Source: a virus
Lineage: Duplodnaviria; Caudoviricetes
Virus record (IMG/VR): IMGVR_UViG_3300048838_000780
Location: 1 to 63,018 of that record
Length of the DNA: 63,018 bases
Direction: 5' to 3' (one strand)
The notes under the pieces were generated by a model. That model saw only the letters and a list, made by a program, of their open reading frames with translations. It did not search any database and was not told where the DNA came from. This document shows positions 9,802 to 19,329 of this stretch, piece by piece. The translations under genes and the position numbers were made by a program. Numbering within the stretch: the first letter of the stretch is position 1; every line of letters begins with the position of its first letter.

Positions 9802-10040
9802 ACGACGACACGCGCACACTCAAGGCGTTTTTTTCCGGATCCGGCGAACCGACCTTCCCGGACGGATCAAAACTTAACCAGACGGCGCCAAACTGGAAGA
9901 ATTGTAATTGGGTGAAGTACCACGATCCCAAAACGAAGGAGTTAAAAGGTTGGGTCGAAGGTCCCCCGGCCGAAATTGGAAGCCTGGAAGTCGAATACTT
10001 GAAGCGGACGCCAAATTGGAACAAAAACATATTACCATGA
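9798..10040 (+). CDS. Hypothetical protein
   Basis: ATGA-overlap-coupled ORF. Confidence 0.55.
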   Translation: MNDDTRTLKAFFSGSGEPTFPDGSKLNQTAPNWKNCNWVKYHDPKTKELKGWVEGPPAEIGSLEVEYLKRTPNWNKNILP

Positions 10041-10130
10041 AAGAACAAACGAAATGCGGAACTTGCCCCTTCCCCGGGGGGTGTTCTTGGTGCGACGATA
10101 TGGATATTTTGGAAGACAAAAAAATGAAGT

Positions 10131-10475
10131 ATGGCAAGGACAACAATACCGGCGGAAAGGATCGTAAAAACATTGGCGGCGGAATACGGGTTACCGGATC
10201 CGATCCCGGAACACTCCTTCCACCCGACAAGGGGTTGGCGCTTCGACTTTTTCTTCCAAACGACGACCGGACGAAAGGTAGCGCTTGAGGTAGAAGGGGG
10301 CGTCTTCCGCAAAAACGGCGGCGCTCATTCTTCCATATCCGGGATCCTTCGGGATATTGAAAAGTACAATGAAGCGGCCAAAATGGGGATCTTTGTTTAC
10401 CGGGTCTTGCCGAAAGATCTTTATTCCCAACGAACTTTCGTCGATCTAAAAACGATCCTTGGTCTTGCAACTTAG
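10131..10475 (+). CDS. Small PD-(D/E)XK endonuclease (Vsr/DUF559-like)
   Basis: FHPTRGWRFDF...VALEVEGG...RDIEKYN motif. Confidence 0.8.
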   Translation: MARTTIPAERIVKTLAAEYGLPDPIPEHSFHPTRGWRFDFFFQTTTGRKVALEVEGGVFRKNGGAHSSISGILRDIEKYNEAAKMGIFVYRVLPKDLYSQRTFVDLKTILGLAT

Positions 10476-10569
10476 ATTGTTTTGCAGTAACTTCGACGCG
10501 GTGTAAGATTCCATAACAAGGGGCGGGGGGGACGAATTCCCGAAGGGTCCCCCCCTTCAATCTTCCAAA

Positions 10570-10878
10570 ATGAGTAAAGCCAAAGAATTGATTAACGAAC
10601 GGATCCGGGACCTCAAGACCGGCGAAGTCGGGTTGGTCGTTTCTACCAGGACGGACGAAGCGACGGGGGAAGAATTGGTCGGATACGTTACCGTCGACAA
10701 GGAGGGATCCCCGACAATCAATTGGCAGACCGTCGCAAACGTCGTCGTTATCATTGCAAACCTTTGGGAAATTATCTTCCCGATCATTAAGGATGCAATA
10801 AACTTCTTCTTTGGGGATCCTTCGACCTGGAAGGCAAGAAGGGAAGCAAGGAAGGCTATTCGGGACGCAAAAAGGTAA
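10570..10878 (+). CDS. Hypothetical protein with C-terminal hydrophobic helix
   Basis: 102-aa ORF upstream of the amidase. Confidence 0.65.
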   Translation: MSKAKELINERIRDLKTGEVGLVVSTRTDEATGEELVGYVTVDKEGSPTINWQTVANVVVIIANLWEIIFPIIKDAINFFFGDPSTWKARREARKAIRDAKR

Positions 10879-10887
10879 CTTCTTTTC

Positions 10888-11685
10888 ATGGGATACAACT
10901 TGTTAGTAGATCATTTGAAGGGGGTTAAAATGTTAGCCCCCTTCTTTTCTTCCGGCGAAGAAGGCGAATTGCACCCGGAAGCAGAACAGACCCCCGAACC
11001 ATTGGAGGAAGCGGAAGTCCGACCCAACAAGCGTTTTTGGATCCTTGACCCGGGACACGGACCAAGGACCGTCGGCAAGCGGTCCCCGATGCTTCCGGAC
11101 GGGCGGCGGTTTTACGAATACCATTTTACCCGGGAAGTAACCAAAAACCTTATCCGGCTTTTGCAGGACGAAGGCGTTTCCTATGCCGTAACGGTCCCCC
11201 TTGGTGACCGGGACGTCGGGAACGATCTTCCAAGAAGGACCAACTTCGAAAACAATTACCCGGCGGAATACCCCAAGGCTTTTCTTTCGATACACTCCAA
11301 CGCGGGGAAGGTCCCGGATCCGTACAACGATTGGAGCAGCGCAAACGGGATCGAAACTTGGCATTACTTCCGGCCGGGTAACTCCGAACACCACGGAAAG
11401 CAATTTGCCCGGGTATTCCAAAAACACTTGGTCGAAGAATTCCGTTTGAAGGATAGGGGGTTGAAGTTTACCGACGACACGAAGATAAACCCGGAAACAG
11501 GGAAGAAGTACACCCAACTTTGGGTCCTTCGGAAGACCTTTTCCCCGGCGGTCTTGGTCGAAATTGGGTTTTACAACAACCTGGAAGAAGTGCAATTGTT
11601 GTTGGATCCGACGACCCCCGAACGGGCGGCAAAGGCTTTATTTGCCGCAATGGTCGAAATTGAAAACAATATTTCTTTGAGATGA
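10888..11685 (+). CDS. N-acetylmuramoyl-L-alanine amidase (Amidase_3), endolysin
   Basis: LDPGHG, FLSIHSNA and PAVLVEIGF zinc motifs. Confidence 0.92.
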   Translation: MGYNLLVDHLKGVKMLAPFFSSGEEGELHPEAEQTPEPLEEAEVRPNKRFWILDPGHGPRTVGKRSPMLPDGRRFYEYHFTREVTKNLIRLLQDEGVSYAVTVPLGDRDVGNDLPRRTNFENNYPAEYPKAFLSIHSNAGKVPDPYNDWSSANGIETWHYFRPGNSEHHGKQFARVFQKHLVEEFRLKDRGLKFTDDTKINPETGKKYTQLWVLRKTFSPAVLVEIGFYNNLEEVQLLLDPTTPERAAKALFAAMVEIENNISLR

Positions 11686-11933
11686 AAAGACGAAGCATTG
11701 TAGTATTATTTTTCCTTATCTTTGTTGCAGGATCTTGCGTCGATCCTTACGAAGCGACGGCGCCAACCTATTTCGACTTGGTAAACAAGGTCGATTCGTT
11801 GGACCAGGAATTAACCAGGGTTAAACACGCCTTGGAATTGACGCAAGACGCAATAAGGACCGAAAACATTAACAGTTTTACCGTCGATTCGGTAATTTTG
11901 GAAAGGCTTAAATACCTGTATTCCGTCCGCTAA
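11682..11933 (+). CDS. Lipoprotein with coiled coil (spanin candidate)
   Basis: Signal ending in AGSC; follows the endolysin. Confidence 0.55.
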   Translation: MKRRSIVVLFFLIFVAGSCVDPYEATAPTYFDLVNKVDSLDQELTRVKHALELTQDAIRTENINSFTVDSVILERLKYLYSVR

Positions 11934-12007
11934 GAGTAGAAGATATTGCAAGTTTTTTAGTGATAACGGAAGGGGGGCAACCCCCTTTCTTGTTTAACCT
12001 TCCGACT

Positions 12008-12349
12008 ATGAAAAAAGCGCTTTTCTTCCTCATTCCCCTTTTCCTCCTTTCTTGCCACACTTCCCGGGTACCCCTTCCCCCGGAAGGACAAAGCGGGATC
12101 CTTTATTACGACGGCAATTCGAAGTCGTTTTTTTGGATCGACCCTAAAGATTTTATCCAAGATCCTTCCCCGTCTTCTTGGGACGCGCCGAACCCTTGGG
12201 ATTGGGTCCCCGTGGATACAATGACAATTTTTAACGCCAATACCGGCAAGCCCCTTTATTTTTGGTCACACGGGAATTTTTACGAACCGTCCGGGAAGGA
12301 AGCATCGTCCGGCCGTCGTATTTTTGGATCAAAAGACCGGAACAATTGA
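12008..12349 (+). CDS. Lipoprotein
   Basis: MKKALFFLIPLFLLSC lipobox. Confidence 0.65.
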   Translation: MKKALFFLIPLFLLSCHTSRVPLPPEGQSGILYYDGNSKSFFWIDPKDFIQDPSPSSWDAPNPWDWVPVDTMTIFNANTGKPLYFWSHGNFYEPSGKEASSGRRIFGSKDRNN

Positions 12350-13551
12350 GAATAAAGGACCTTTCCACGAACCCGGATAACCCCCGGACCATTACGGCGG
12401 CCGATATTCGGTTGGCGGCAATGTCAATTTTTACCTTCCCGGAAATGCTTCGTTACCGGCCTATTGTGTACGATCCGGTAAAAATGGTCCCCCTTGGCGG
12501 CAATGCAAGGCTTTTAGGGATCCAATGGCTTTACGACCGGCTCAAGAAGCGCAAGGCGGCGGATCTTCCCGAATGTACCGACGAAGAACAGGCGGCGCCG
12601 ATCCTGGAAGCGCTTTTCTTGTCGATCTTCGGACAAGAACGCCAATACAAGGGGGGACCAGAAACCTTAAAGGCTTATTTTGACCTTCGGGCAATTTACT
12701 TTGGAGAATTCCCGGCGGATAGCGTTGTACGCGCCGGTTTTACGGACGAACAAAAGCGGGAATTTATCGCCAAGGATAACGGACATTTTGGCAAACCCGA
12801 CTTCGAAGCGTTGGCCAATGAATACGACTTCTTGGAGTTGAAGGAATGGGGTATTTTTGTCCCCGGTATGGAAGAAGGCGACGAAGAAGTCCCCGGCGAA
12901 GATCCCCCGGCGGTCGACCAGGACGTCGACCAGGACGTCGACCAAACACCTTCCGAAAAATGGGTCCCGGATTGCTTGTTTGAAAGTAACAATGAATTTG
13001 ACATACCGACCCTACGACTTGATTTGCAGGCTTCCCAGGTTTTAAACCCCGTGGCGCCTTGGGGGTATTCCGCAAGGGACGCAAAGAATATTGGGACATA
13101 TCATTTTTACGTCGACGATTATCGTTTTACCGGTCTTTGGGACGATCCAAACAAATTGATAAAAGCCGGGGTCCCCGTCGTTATCGAACCAAATTTGTCT
13201 TTGTACGACAACACGCCAAGGGGATACGGTCTTTTCCTCATTTACAAAAAGCGTTGGATTGCGCGGTATTGGCAATCTTTCGGCGTCCGGGTCTTTGTCG
13301 ACCTCAACGTATCCCATAAATTCGCAAGGGAAAACTTGTTGGGCGTCCCGAAAGGTTGGAATTCGTACGCGACGCGGGGGTATTCCGACCGGTTGCAACT
13401 CCTGGAAGCGGAATACGACTTGGCCAAGGAACATTCCGGGAAGGAAGATCCTTACTTTGTGGTCTACGGCGGCGGGGAAAAAGTCCGGAAATGGGTACGG
13501 GAAAGAAACTTAACTTACATCGAACAAATAATGGCCGAAAAATTCCGATAG
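12346..13551 (+). CDS. ParB-like N-terminal domain fused to DUF4417 (start uncertain; TTG 12346 overlaps the upstream stop)
   Basis: NPDNPRTI...LGGNARL ParB-like motif; HFYVDDYRF...PNLSLY...RYWQ DUF4417-like motif. Confidence 0.75.
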   Translation: MRIKDLSTNPDNPRTITAADIRLAAMSIFTFPEMLRYRPIVYDPVKMVPLGGNARLLGIQWLYDRLKKRKAADLPECTDEEQAAPILEALFLSIFGQERQYKGGPETLKAYFDLRAIYFGEFPADSVVRAGFTDEQKREFIAKDNGHFGKPDFEALANEYDFLELKEWGIFVPGMEEGDEEVPGEDPPAVDQDVDQDVDQTPSEKWVPDCLFESNNEFDIPTLRLDLQASQVLNPVAPWGYSARDAKNIGTYHFYVDDYRFTGLWDDPNKLIKAGVPVVIEPNLSLYDNTPRGYGLFLIYKKRWIARYWQSFGVRVFVDLNVSHKFARENLLGVPKGWNSYATRGYSDRLQLLEAEYDLAKEHSGKEDPYFVVYGGGEKVRKWVRERNLTYIEQIMAEKFR

Positions 13552-13629
13552 GAAGACCAGGGGGGGGAAGACAAAATAGTCGTTGATCGGGACGACAATT
13601 TCTTTTATCTTTACCAAAAATCGGCAAAA

Positions 13630-14259
13630 ATGGGAAAAACGATCGGCGGAACAAGGATTGGAAAAAGGAACATCGACGTAATACCCCAAGGAGGGAAACC
13701 CATTGGAGAATTGGGATCTATTGCGGATATTCCGGACCGTCGGGTAAGGCTGCAAGTCCAAGAAGGTATTTCCAGATTCGAAGCAGTCTACGGAGTGCAA
13801 ACCAGGGAAGTTAAAACGGCGGAAATGGACGGCGTCTACGGGGTGGCATTTATCGGGGGTCCCCGGGAAGGTACCGTCGTTTTGGACCTCAAGTCGCACG
13901 GGAACGCCAAGAAATTGATTGCGGACAAAATGCGGGAATATGCCAACGGCTTTAAGGTCAAGACCAACGCGCCGATGAAGCATACCGTTATACACGAACT
14001 TGGGCATATCACTTGGAACTCACTTAAGGAGAAGCGCGGCGGGAAATGGGAAGCAGCCGGGAAGGAACTTCGCCAATTGTATTCGACCTTCCGAAAAGAA
14101 ACCTTGGCGGGTAAAAACCCGTTTTCCAGTTATGGAACAACGAACATCGACGAATTTTTCGCGGAAGGTATTACCGGGTCGATTATCGGGACGAAGCAGA
14201 CGCAAAGGAACAAATTCGTAAAAGGGATCCGGCGGATCGTCAAGAAGTACAAACTTTAA
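13630..14259 (+). CDS. Zincin metallopeptidase-like protein
   Basis: HELGH (HExxH) plus SSYGTTNIDEFFAE third-ligand motif. Confidence 0.75.
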   Translation: MGKTIGGTRIGKRNIDVIPQGGKPIGELGSIADIPDRRVRLQVQEGISRFEAVYGVQTREVKTAEMDGVYGVAFIGGPREGTVVLDLKSHGNAKKLIADKMREYANGFKVKTNAPMKHTVIHELGHITWNSLKEKRGGKWEAAGKELRQLYSTFRKETLAGKNPFSSYGTTNIDEFFAEGITGSIIGTKQTQRNKFVKGIRRIVKKYKL

Positions 14260-14270
14260 ACCTTCTATAC

Positions 14271-14618
14271 ATGGAAACATTGCAATTGGACAAACAGGCG
14301 GTTGACTATTGCGCCAAACTTTTTCCGCAATATAACCGGCCGGAACTGGAAAGGCGGATCCTGTTAGGGCGCCAAGTCTACAAGGACAAACTTTCCGAAC
14401 CAGGGGTTGAAAACCCTTTAACCCCGGAAGAATTGGGGTTGTTTGGGGTCTTCCAATACTACAAACTTTGGACGGAAGCAACGGACGAAGAACGCGCCGC
14501 AATCCCGGAAGACGTCCAGTTGGAGGAAGGCGCAATCGACCAGGAATTCGAAGAAATGGTCGGACGCCTCAACGCGGGGGAATTCGACCAGGACGAAGAA
14601 GAAGAATTGCCGGACTAA
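14271..14618 (+). CDS. Acidic hypothetical protein
   Basis: 115-aa Glu/Asp-rich ORF. Confidence 0.65.
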   Translation: METLQLDKQAVDYCAKLFPQYNRPELERRILLGRQVYKDKLSEPGVENPLTPEELGLFGVFQYYKLWTEATDEERAAIPEDVQLEEGAIDQEFEEMVGRLNAGEFDQDEEEELPD

Positions 14619-14729
14619 TCCGAATTCTCATAACATTTGGTTTTTTGGGGTGAAGACCGGCGGCGTTGCACGTTTGCCGGTCTTATTTTATTGCGTTTTC
14701 CCGTTCAATCTGTACACTAAAAAAAGACC

Positions 14730-15281
14730 ATGCCAAAGAACAAGACGGATCTAAAGCCGCAAATATTGGAACGGTTGGCAAGGGGTGAAGAATTGGCCGA
14801 AATTTGCGAAGCCTTGGCAATTTCCGTCCGGACGGTCCAAGATTGGAGGAACAAGGACCAGGACTTCGCCTTGCTTTATTCGTCCGTTGCAGATCGACAA
14901 GCGGAAGCCAAGGCGTCTTTTCTCCTTGTCCTGGAAAAGTCCTTGGGGATCGTCCAAACCGCTTGCAAGAAGGCGCAAATTTCCCGGACCACGTTTTACA
15001 CCTGGAAGAAGTCCGACCCCGATTTCGCGGCGGCCGTCGAAGAAGTCCAAAACGTCGCCTTGGACTTTGCGGAAGAAGCGTTGTTTAAGGCAATCCAAGA
15101 AGGGAATATTTCGGGAATTATCTTTTATCTGAAAACAAAAGGCAAGGACCGGGGGTACGTCGAACGCCAAGAAGTCGTCGGATCCCAAGTTAAGCCCCTG
15201 GAAGTTTCGTTAACCCTTTCGGCCAAGGATCTTTCTTCGGACGATCCCGACCCGGAAGAAGAAGGGTCGGACAATGACTAA
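14730..15281 (+). CDS. terS: Terminase small subunit (two HTH motifs)
   Basis: Two HTH repeats and IFYLKTKGKDRGY; directly upstream of TerL. Confidence 0.8.
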   Translation: MPKNKTDLKPQILERLARGEELAEICEALAISVRTVQDWRNKDQDFALLYSSVADRQAEAKASFLLVLEKSLGIVQTACKKAQISRTTFYTWKKSDPDFAAAVEEVQNVALDFAEEALFKAIQEGNISGIIFYLKTKGKDRGYVERQEVVGSQVKPLEVSLTLSAKDLSSDDPDPEEEGSDND

Positions 15282-16503
15282 CCAAGCGGCGCAAGATCCG
15301 GAATTGCATTTCGATACAAAGGTCGTCCGGTCGACGTTGGCGGCGCTTGTTTCCGGGATCCCCCTTCTTATCCACCAAGGGGGGACCTATTCGGGGAAGA
15401 CCTTTGGAATTATGCTTGGCCTTTACCTTTACCTAAAAGAAACTTCCGAAAGTCTTATCGTTTCCGTCGTTTCGTGTACCGTTCCACACTTGAAGCGGGG
15501 GGCGCTTCGGGACTTCGAAACAATTTCGACCCTTATATCCGGTCTTGTGTACTCCAACAAGTCGGACCATACCTTCCGGGTCGGCAATAGCATTATAGAA
15601 TTTTTTTCGGCGGACGATAACGGCAAGGTCCGGGGCGGGAAAAGGGATATTCTTTTCCTCAACGAAGGAAACCTAATTCCCCATGAACGTTACCGGCAAT
15701 TGGCGTTGCGTACCAAAAGGACGGCAATCGTCGATTTTAACCCCGTGGCGCAATTTTGGATCCACGAAGAATATTTGGGGCGCCCGGGAACGGTTTTTAA
15801 GCGCACAACGTACCGGGACAACCCGGCAACCCCGGCCAAGATCATTCGGGAATTGGAAATTTTGAAGGAAACAGACCCGGACTTTTACCGGATCTACGGT
15901 CTTGGGTACACGGGCGCAATAAAAGGACTTGTCTTCCCAAGGACCAGGACGGCGCAAAAATTCCCGGACAAGCCGGATCGTTTCGGGTATGGATTGGACT
16001 TTGGGTATTCTCAAGACGTAACCGCCTTGGTCCAATTGGGGACGTCCCGGGGGGAATTATTCGGAAGGGAATTGCTTTACGAAGTTGGATTAGATAACTT
16101 TGAGTTGCGGGACCGTTTAAAGGAATTGCAGATTTCCCGGAAGGCGACCATTTGGGCGGACGCGGCGGATCCAAAAAGCATTGCCGAACTTCGGAAATTT
16201 GGGTACAATGTACGGGCGGCAAAGAAAGGTCCCGATTCGGTAAAGTTCGGAATTGGGTTGCTGAAAAGATACCCGATAAACCTTACCTTTGATTCGTCCA
16301 ATTGGAGGAAGGAAGCAATAAACTATAAATGGGCGGAAGACAAGGACGGGAACGCGCTTAATACACCGGTCGATCTTTATAACCATTGTTGGGACGCGGC
16401 AAGATATTGGGCAATCGAAAGTTTGCCGGATATTAAGCCACGCGGCGCAAAATACGCAAGGAATGAACTATCTAACCAACCCCCGGGATCCGGTCGAAGC
16501 TAA
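15274..16503 (+). CDS. terL: Terminase large subunit (PBSX-like)
   Basis: QGGTYSGKT Walker A, LFLNE Walker B, DFNP, GLDFGY, ADAADP and NHCWDAARY motifs. Confidence 0.95.
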   Translation: MTNQAAQDPELHFDTKVVRSTLAALVSGIPLLIHQGGTYSGKTFGIMLGLYLYLKETSESLIVSVVSCTVPHLKRGALRDFETISTLISGLVYSNKSDHTFRVGNSIIEFFSADDNGKVRGGKRDILFLNEGNLIPHERYRQLALRTKRTAIVDFNPVAQFWIHEEYLGRPGTVFKRTTYRDNPATPAKIIRELEILKETDPDFYRIYGLGYTGAIKGLVFPRTRTAQKFPDKPDRFGYGLDFGYSQDVTALVQLGTSRGELFGRELLYEVGLDNFELRDRLKELQISRKATIWADAADPKSIAELRKFGYNVRAAKKGPDSVKFGIGLLKRYPINLTFDSSNWRKEAINYKWAEDKDGNALNTPVDLYNHCWDAARYWAIESLPDIKPRGAKYARNELSNQPPGSGRS

Positions 16504-18316
16504 AAAGTTTTTCCGGGACGTTATCGAAAAAGGAAGGCGGCATCGTTTCTACGAAAGGACCTTGGAAGTTGCAACTTTTGCCCGGGATATGATGACCGGC
16601 GAAGGCGAAGGCATGGAAGACCGGGTCCGGGAAATTCGACCCCATGAAACGGAGGAACAAAAGGACCAAAGGGTCCGGATAACGAACCCGTTAACCCCCT
16701 TCGCGCTCAACCAAGTTGTTTCGGTCTTCCGGAAGACCCGACGGGCGGAAGGGATCCGCTTTGTTTGGGAACACCCGGGGAAGGATAAAAAACCGAAGAT
16801 CGAAGCAGCAATAAGCGACTTTTTCGCGTCTTCGGACCTGAAAACTTGGGCCTTTGACGCCTTCGAATACTACACTTTTTGGGATCCAAACGCCTTCTTT
16901 GTCGTCGAAACGATGGAAGACGACGGGGGGATATGGGCGTACCCCTTCGAAGTGAAGTCGGAAGAAGCTATCTTCTACGAACACAAAAACGGGGATCTTC
17001 AATACCTTATCGTCCGGCAAGAAACGGAAGTCGAAACCGACGGCGCCAAGCAAAAACGGAAGGACTTTTACTTGTATTCGGTTGGCTTCGCTTTTCATTA
17101 CAAAGAAGTCGTCGACGGGCAAGACTTGGCGGCCGAAATGGAAGGCGGGTATTCCCTGGAAGATCTGGTCCCCAAGGAAGGGGGGCAACAATTCGTCTTT
17201 AAAGAATACACCTACAAGACAACGACCCTTCCGGTATTCTCCTTCGGAGTATTCCGGGACGGACAAACGAACCGGAACACCTTCGTAACTCCTTACGAAC
17301 CGGCAAGATTTTTATTGGAAGATCTTGTAAAGGACAAGTCGTTGGCGGATCTTTCGTTACTCCTTCACAACTTCCCCCAAAAACTTGTCTACGGTCCCCG
17401 ATGTGAATACGAAAGCAACGAAGGGGATCGTTGCGATATGGGGTACCTTGGCGGGGATCGTTCCCGGAAATGTCCTTCCTGCGAAGGGAAAGGGGTTTTA
17501 GTACATAGTACGGAACAAGACGTAATTTTGTTGGCGCTTCCGGATACCAACGAAGGATTTTTCCCCCTTTCTCAATTGGTCCACTATGCAACGCAAAATG
17601 AATGGTTACCACGTTTCCAAGCGGAAAGGTTGGTACTATTGGTCCAACAAGTTTTTTTGGCCGTCTTTCAAACGGAAGTGTACAACCAAGCACAAATAAG
17701 GACGACGGCAACGGAAAAATTATTGGAGTGGGACAAGGTGTACGACACCTTAGAACCGTACGCAACTGCAATTGCGACGGTCGTTCCCCGGGCGGCGGAA
17801 GTTATTTCGCAATTCTTGGACGCGGCGGAAGGCTTTACGGCGGCAATGTACGTTCCCCGGGACTTCAAAATGAGGGGGGAAGCAGAATTGTTAAACCTTT
17901 TGGCGGCGGCGTCCAATTCCGGGGCAATCCCCGAAGTGAAAGAAGCAATTTCTTTGGACCTGTTAAACCGGTTTTACCGGAACGATCCCGACGAAGTGGA
18001 ACTAATCCGGGCGCTTCGTTCCTTCCTCCCCTGGAAGGACAAGACCTTCGAACAAGCGTACGCAATCGCAATAAACCGGGCGCCAACGGATCCGGACCGG
18101 CTTTTGTGGGAAAACTTCGACCAAATTTCGCAAGCGGTCCGGGACGTCAGCAAGGAACTTTTTCACAAATTCCCCCGAGACAAACAACAAAAAATGATCT
18201 TGGACGAAGTCGAGAAGTACAAAAATAGGATAGTACCGGCGGAACTTCCCCCCGTCTTTGGTCCCGGGGGCGAACCGGGGACCGGCGGCGGCGAACCGGG
18301 CGCCGGTAACCTCTAA
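16463..18316 (+). CDS. Portal protein with inserted Cys zinc-ribbon
   Basis: Position after TerL, 617 aa, TATE motif, C...C...CPSCEGKG insert. Confidence 0.75.
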   Translation: MNYLTNPRDPVEAKKFFRDVIEKGRRHRFYERTLEVATFARDMMTGEGEGMEDRVREIRPHETEEQKDQRVRITNPLTPFALNQVVSVFRKTRRAEGIRFVWEHPGKDKKPKIEAAISDFFASSDLKTWAFDAFEYYTFWDPNAFFVVETMEDDGGIWAYPFEVKSEEAIFYEHKNGDLQYLIVRQETEVETDGAKQKRKDFYLYSVGFAFHYKEVVDGQDLAAEMEGGYSLEDLVPKEGGQQFVFKEYTYKTTTLPVFSFGVFRDGQTNRNTFVTPYEPARFLLEDLVKDKSLADLSLLLHNFPQKLVYGPRCEYESNEGDRCDMGYLGGDRSRKCPSCEGKGVLVHSTEQDVILLALPDTNEGFFPLSQLVHYATQNEWLPRFQAERLVLLVQQVFLAVFQTEVYNQAQIRTTATEKLLEWDKVYDTLEPYATAIATVVPRAAEVISQFLDAAEGFTAAMYVPRDFKMRGEAELLNLLAAASNSGAIPEVKEAISLDLLNRFYRNDPDEVELIRALRSFLPWKDKTFEQAYAIAINRAPTDPDRLLWENFDQISQAVRDVSKELFHKFPRDKQQKMILDEVEKYKNRIVPAELPPVFGPGGEPGTGGGEPGAGNL

Positions 18317-18318
18317 GC

Positions 18319-19209
18319 ATGGGGCAACCAAAAACATACTACGAACAACGACGGGACCGGGTAGTATCCGGGTACTCCAAAGTATTTTCCGGGATCATTG
18401 ACGCAATAAGCGTTTTGGTCCTTGGGGAAGTATTGGGCGCCCTATCTTCTTTCGACTTCGACGAAAAGGGCAATTTTTCTTTTTCGGTTAGTAACCTTAC
18501 AAGATCCCGCCAAGTTGCGATAAGGGTTAGCGGTATTTTCCAGCAACAAAAGAAGCCCCTTGGCGCAAGGTTGATCGACGCGGTAAAGCGTCTTCTTGGC
18601 TTCAATCGGGATTATTTCCAATCCTTCAACGAATTCGAGCCGGAAGACCTGGAAAAGAAGGTCGAACGGTTGGTAATGGGGCGCCTTGGCTACGACGTCG
18701 GGACCGGGAACATTGCGCCGGGATCCTGGTTGGATGACATTTTTAACGGGTCCCAAGTTTCCGGATCTATTGGCCGGGACCTTGCAAACGCCATTGCATC
18801 CAAAATGAGTAGGGCGGAATTTATCCGGCAATTCCGTTTGCAGTTCACACAAGCCGGGTACCCGGCACGGCATTTTAAAACTTTCTCCTTCGACTTCTTC
18901 CAAGTCGTAGACCGGCAAATTAAATTGCTATACGCGGAAGAATTGGGACTAACCTTTGCCCGGTATGCGGGGACGGCGGAAGAAGATACCCGGGATTTTT
19001 GCTTGGAACGCCTAAACTTGGTATATTCATTTGAGGAAATAAAGTCTTGGGCAAAATTGGACTTTCGGGGCAAGTTGAAAATTGGGTATGACCCCTTTAT
19101 CCATTGCGGGGGCTTCAATTGTCGGCATCATTTGGCTTTTCTTGACAAAGAAGCGGTCGAATTGTTGGGGATCGAAACGGACAAATATCATTCAATCGTA
19201 CACAAATGA
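18319..19209 (+). CDS. Minor head (MuF/gp7-like) protein
   Basis: TRDFC...GGFNCRH C-terminal motif after the portal. Confidence 0.75.
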   Translation: MGQPKTYYEQRRDRVVSGYSKVFSGIIDAISVLVLGEVLGALSSFDFDEKGNFSFSVSNLTRSRQVAIRVSGIFQQQKKPLGARLIDAVKRLLGFNRDYFQSFNEFEPEDLEKKVERLVMGRLGYDVGTGNIAPGSWLDDIFNGSQVSGSIGRDLANAIASKMSRAEFIRQFRLQFTQAGYPARHFKTFSFDFFQVVDRQIKLLYAEELGLTFARYAGTAEEDTRDFCLERLNLVYSFEEIKSWAKLDFRGKLKIGYDPFIHCGGFNCRHHLAFLDKEAVELLGIETDKYHSIVHK

Positions 19210-19329
19210 CAAAAATCATTCTCCTATTTAATTGGGAAGTCCCCTTCTTCATTGTTTGCGGACTTCTTATTGCGGCGGCAATCCTTCTTCGCATGGGTAC
19301 CTTTTCCGATTGGGGTAAAAAAAATAAAA

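Noticed and set aside
12913-12944. GTCGACCAGGAC tandem repeat
   Set aside because: Short in-frame linker expansion (VDQD) with no sign of a separate function
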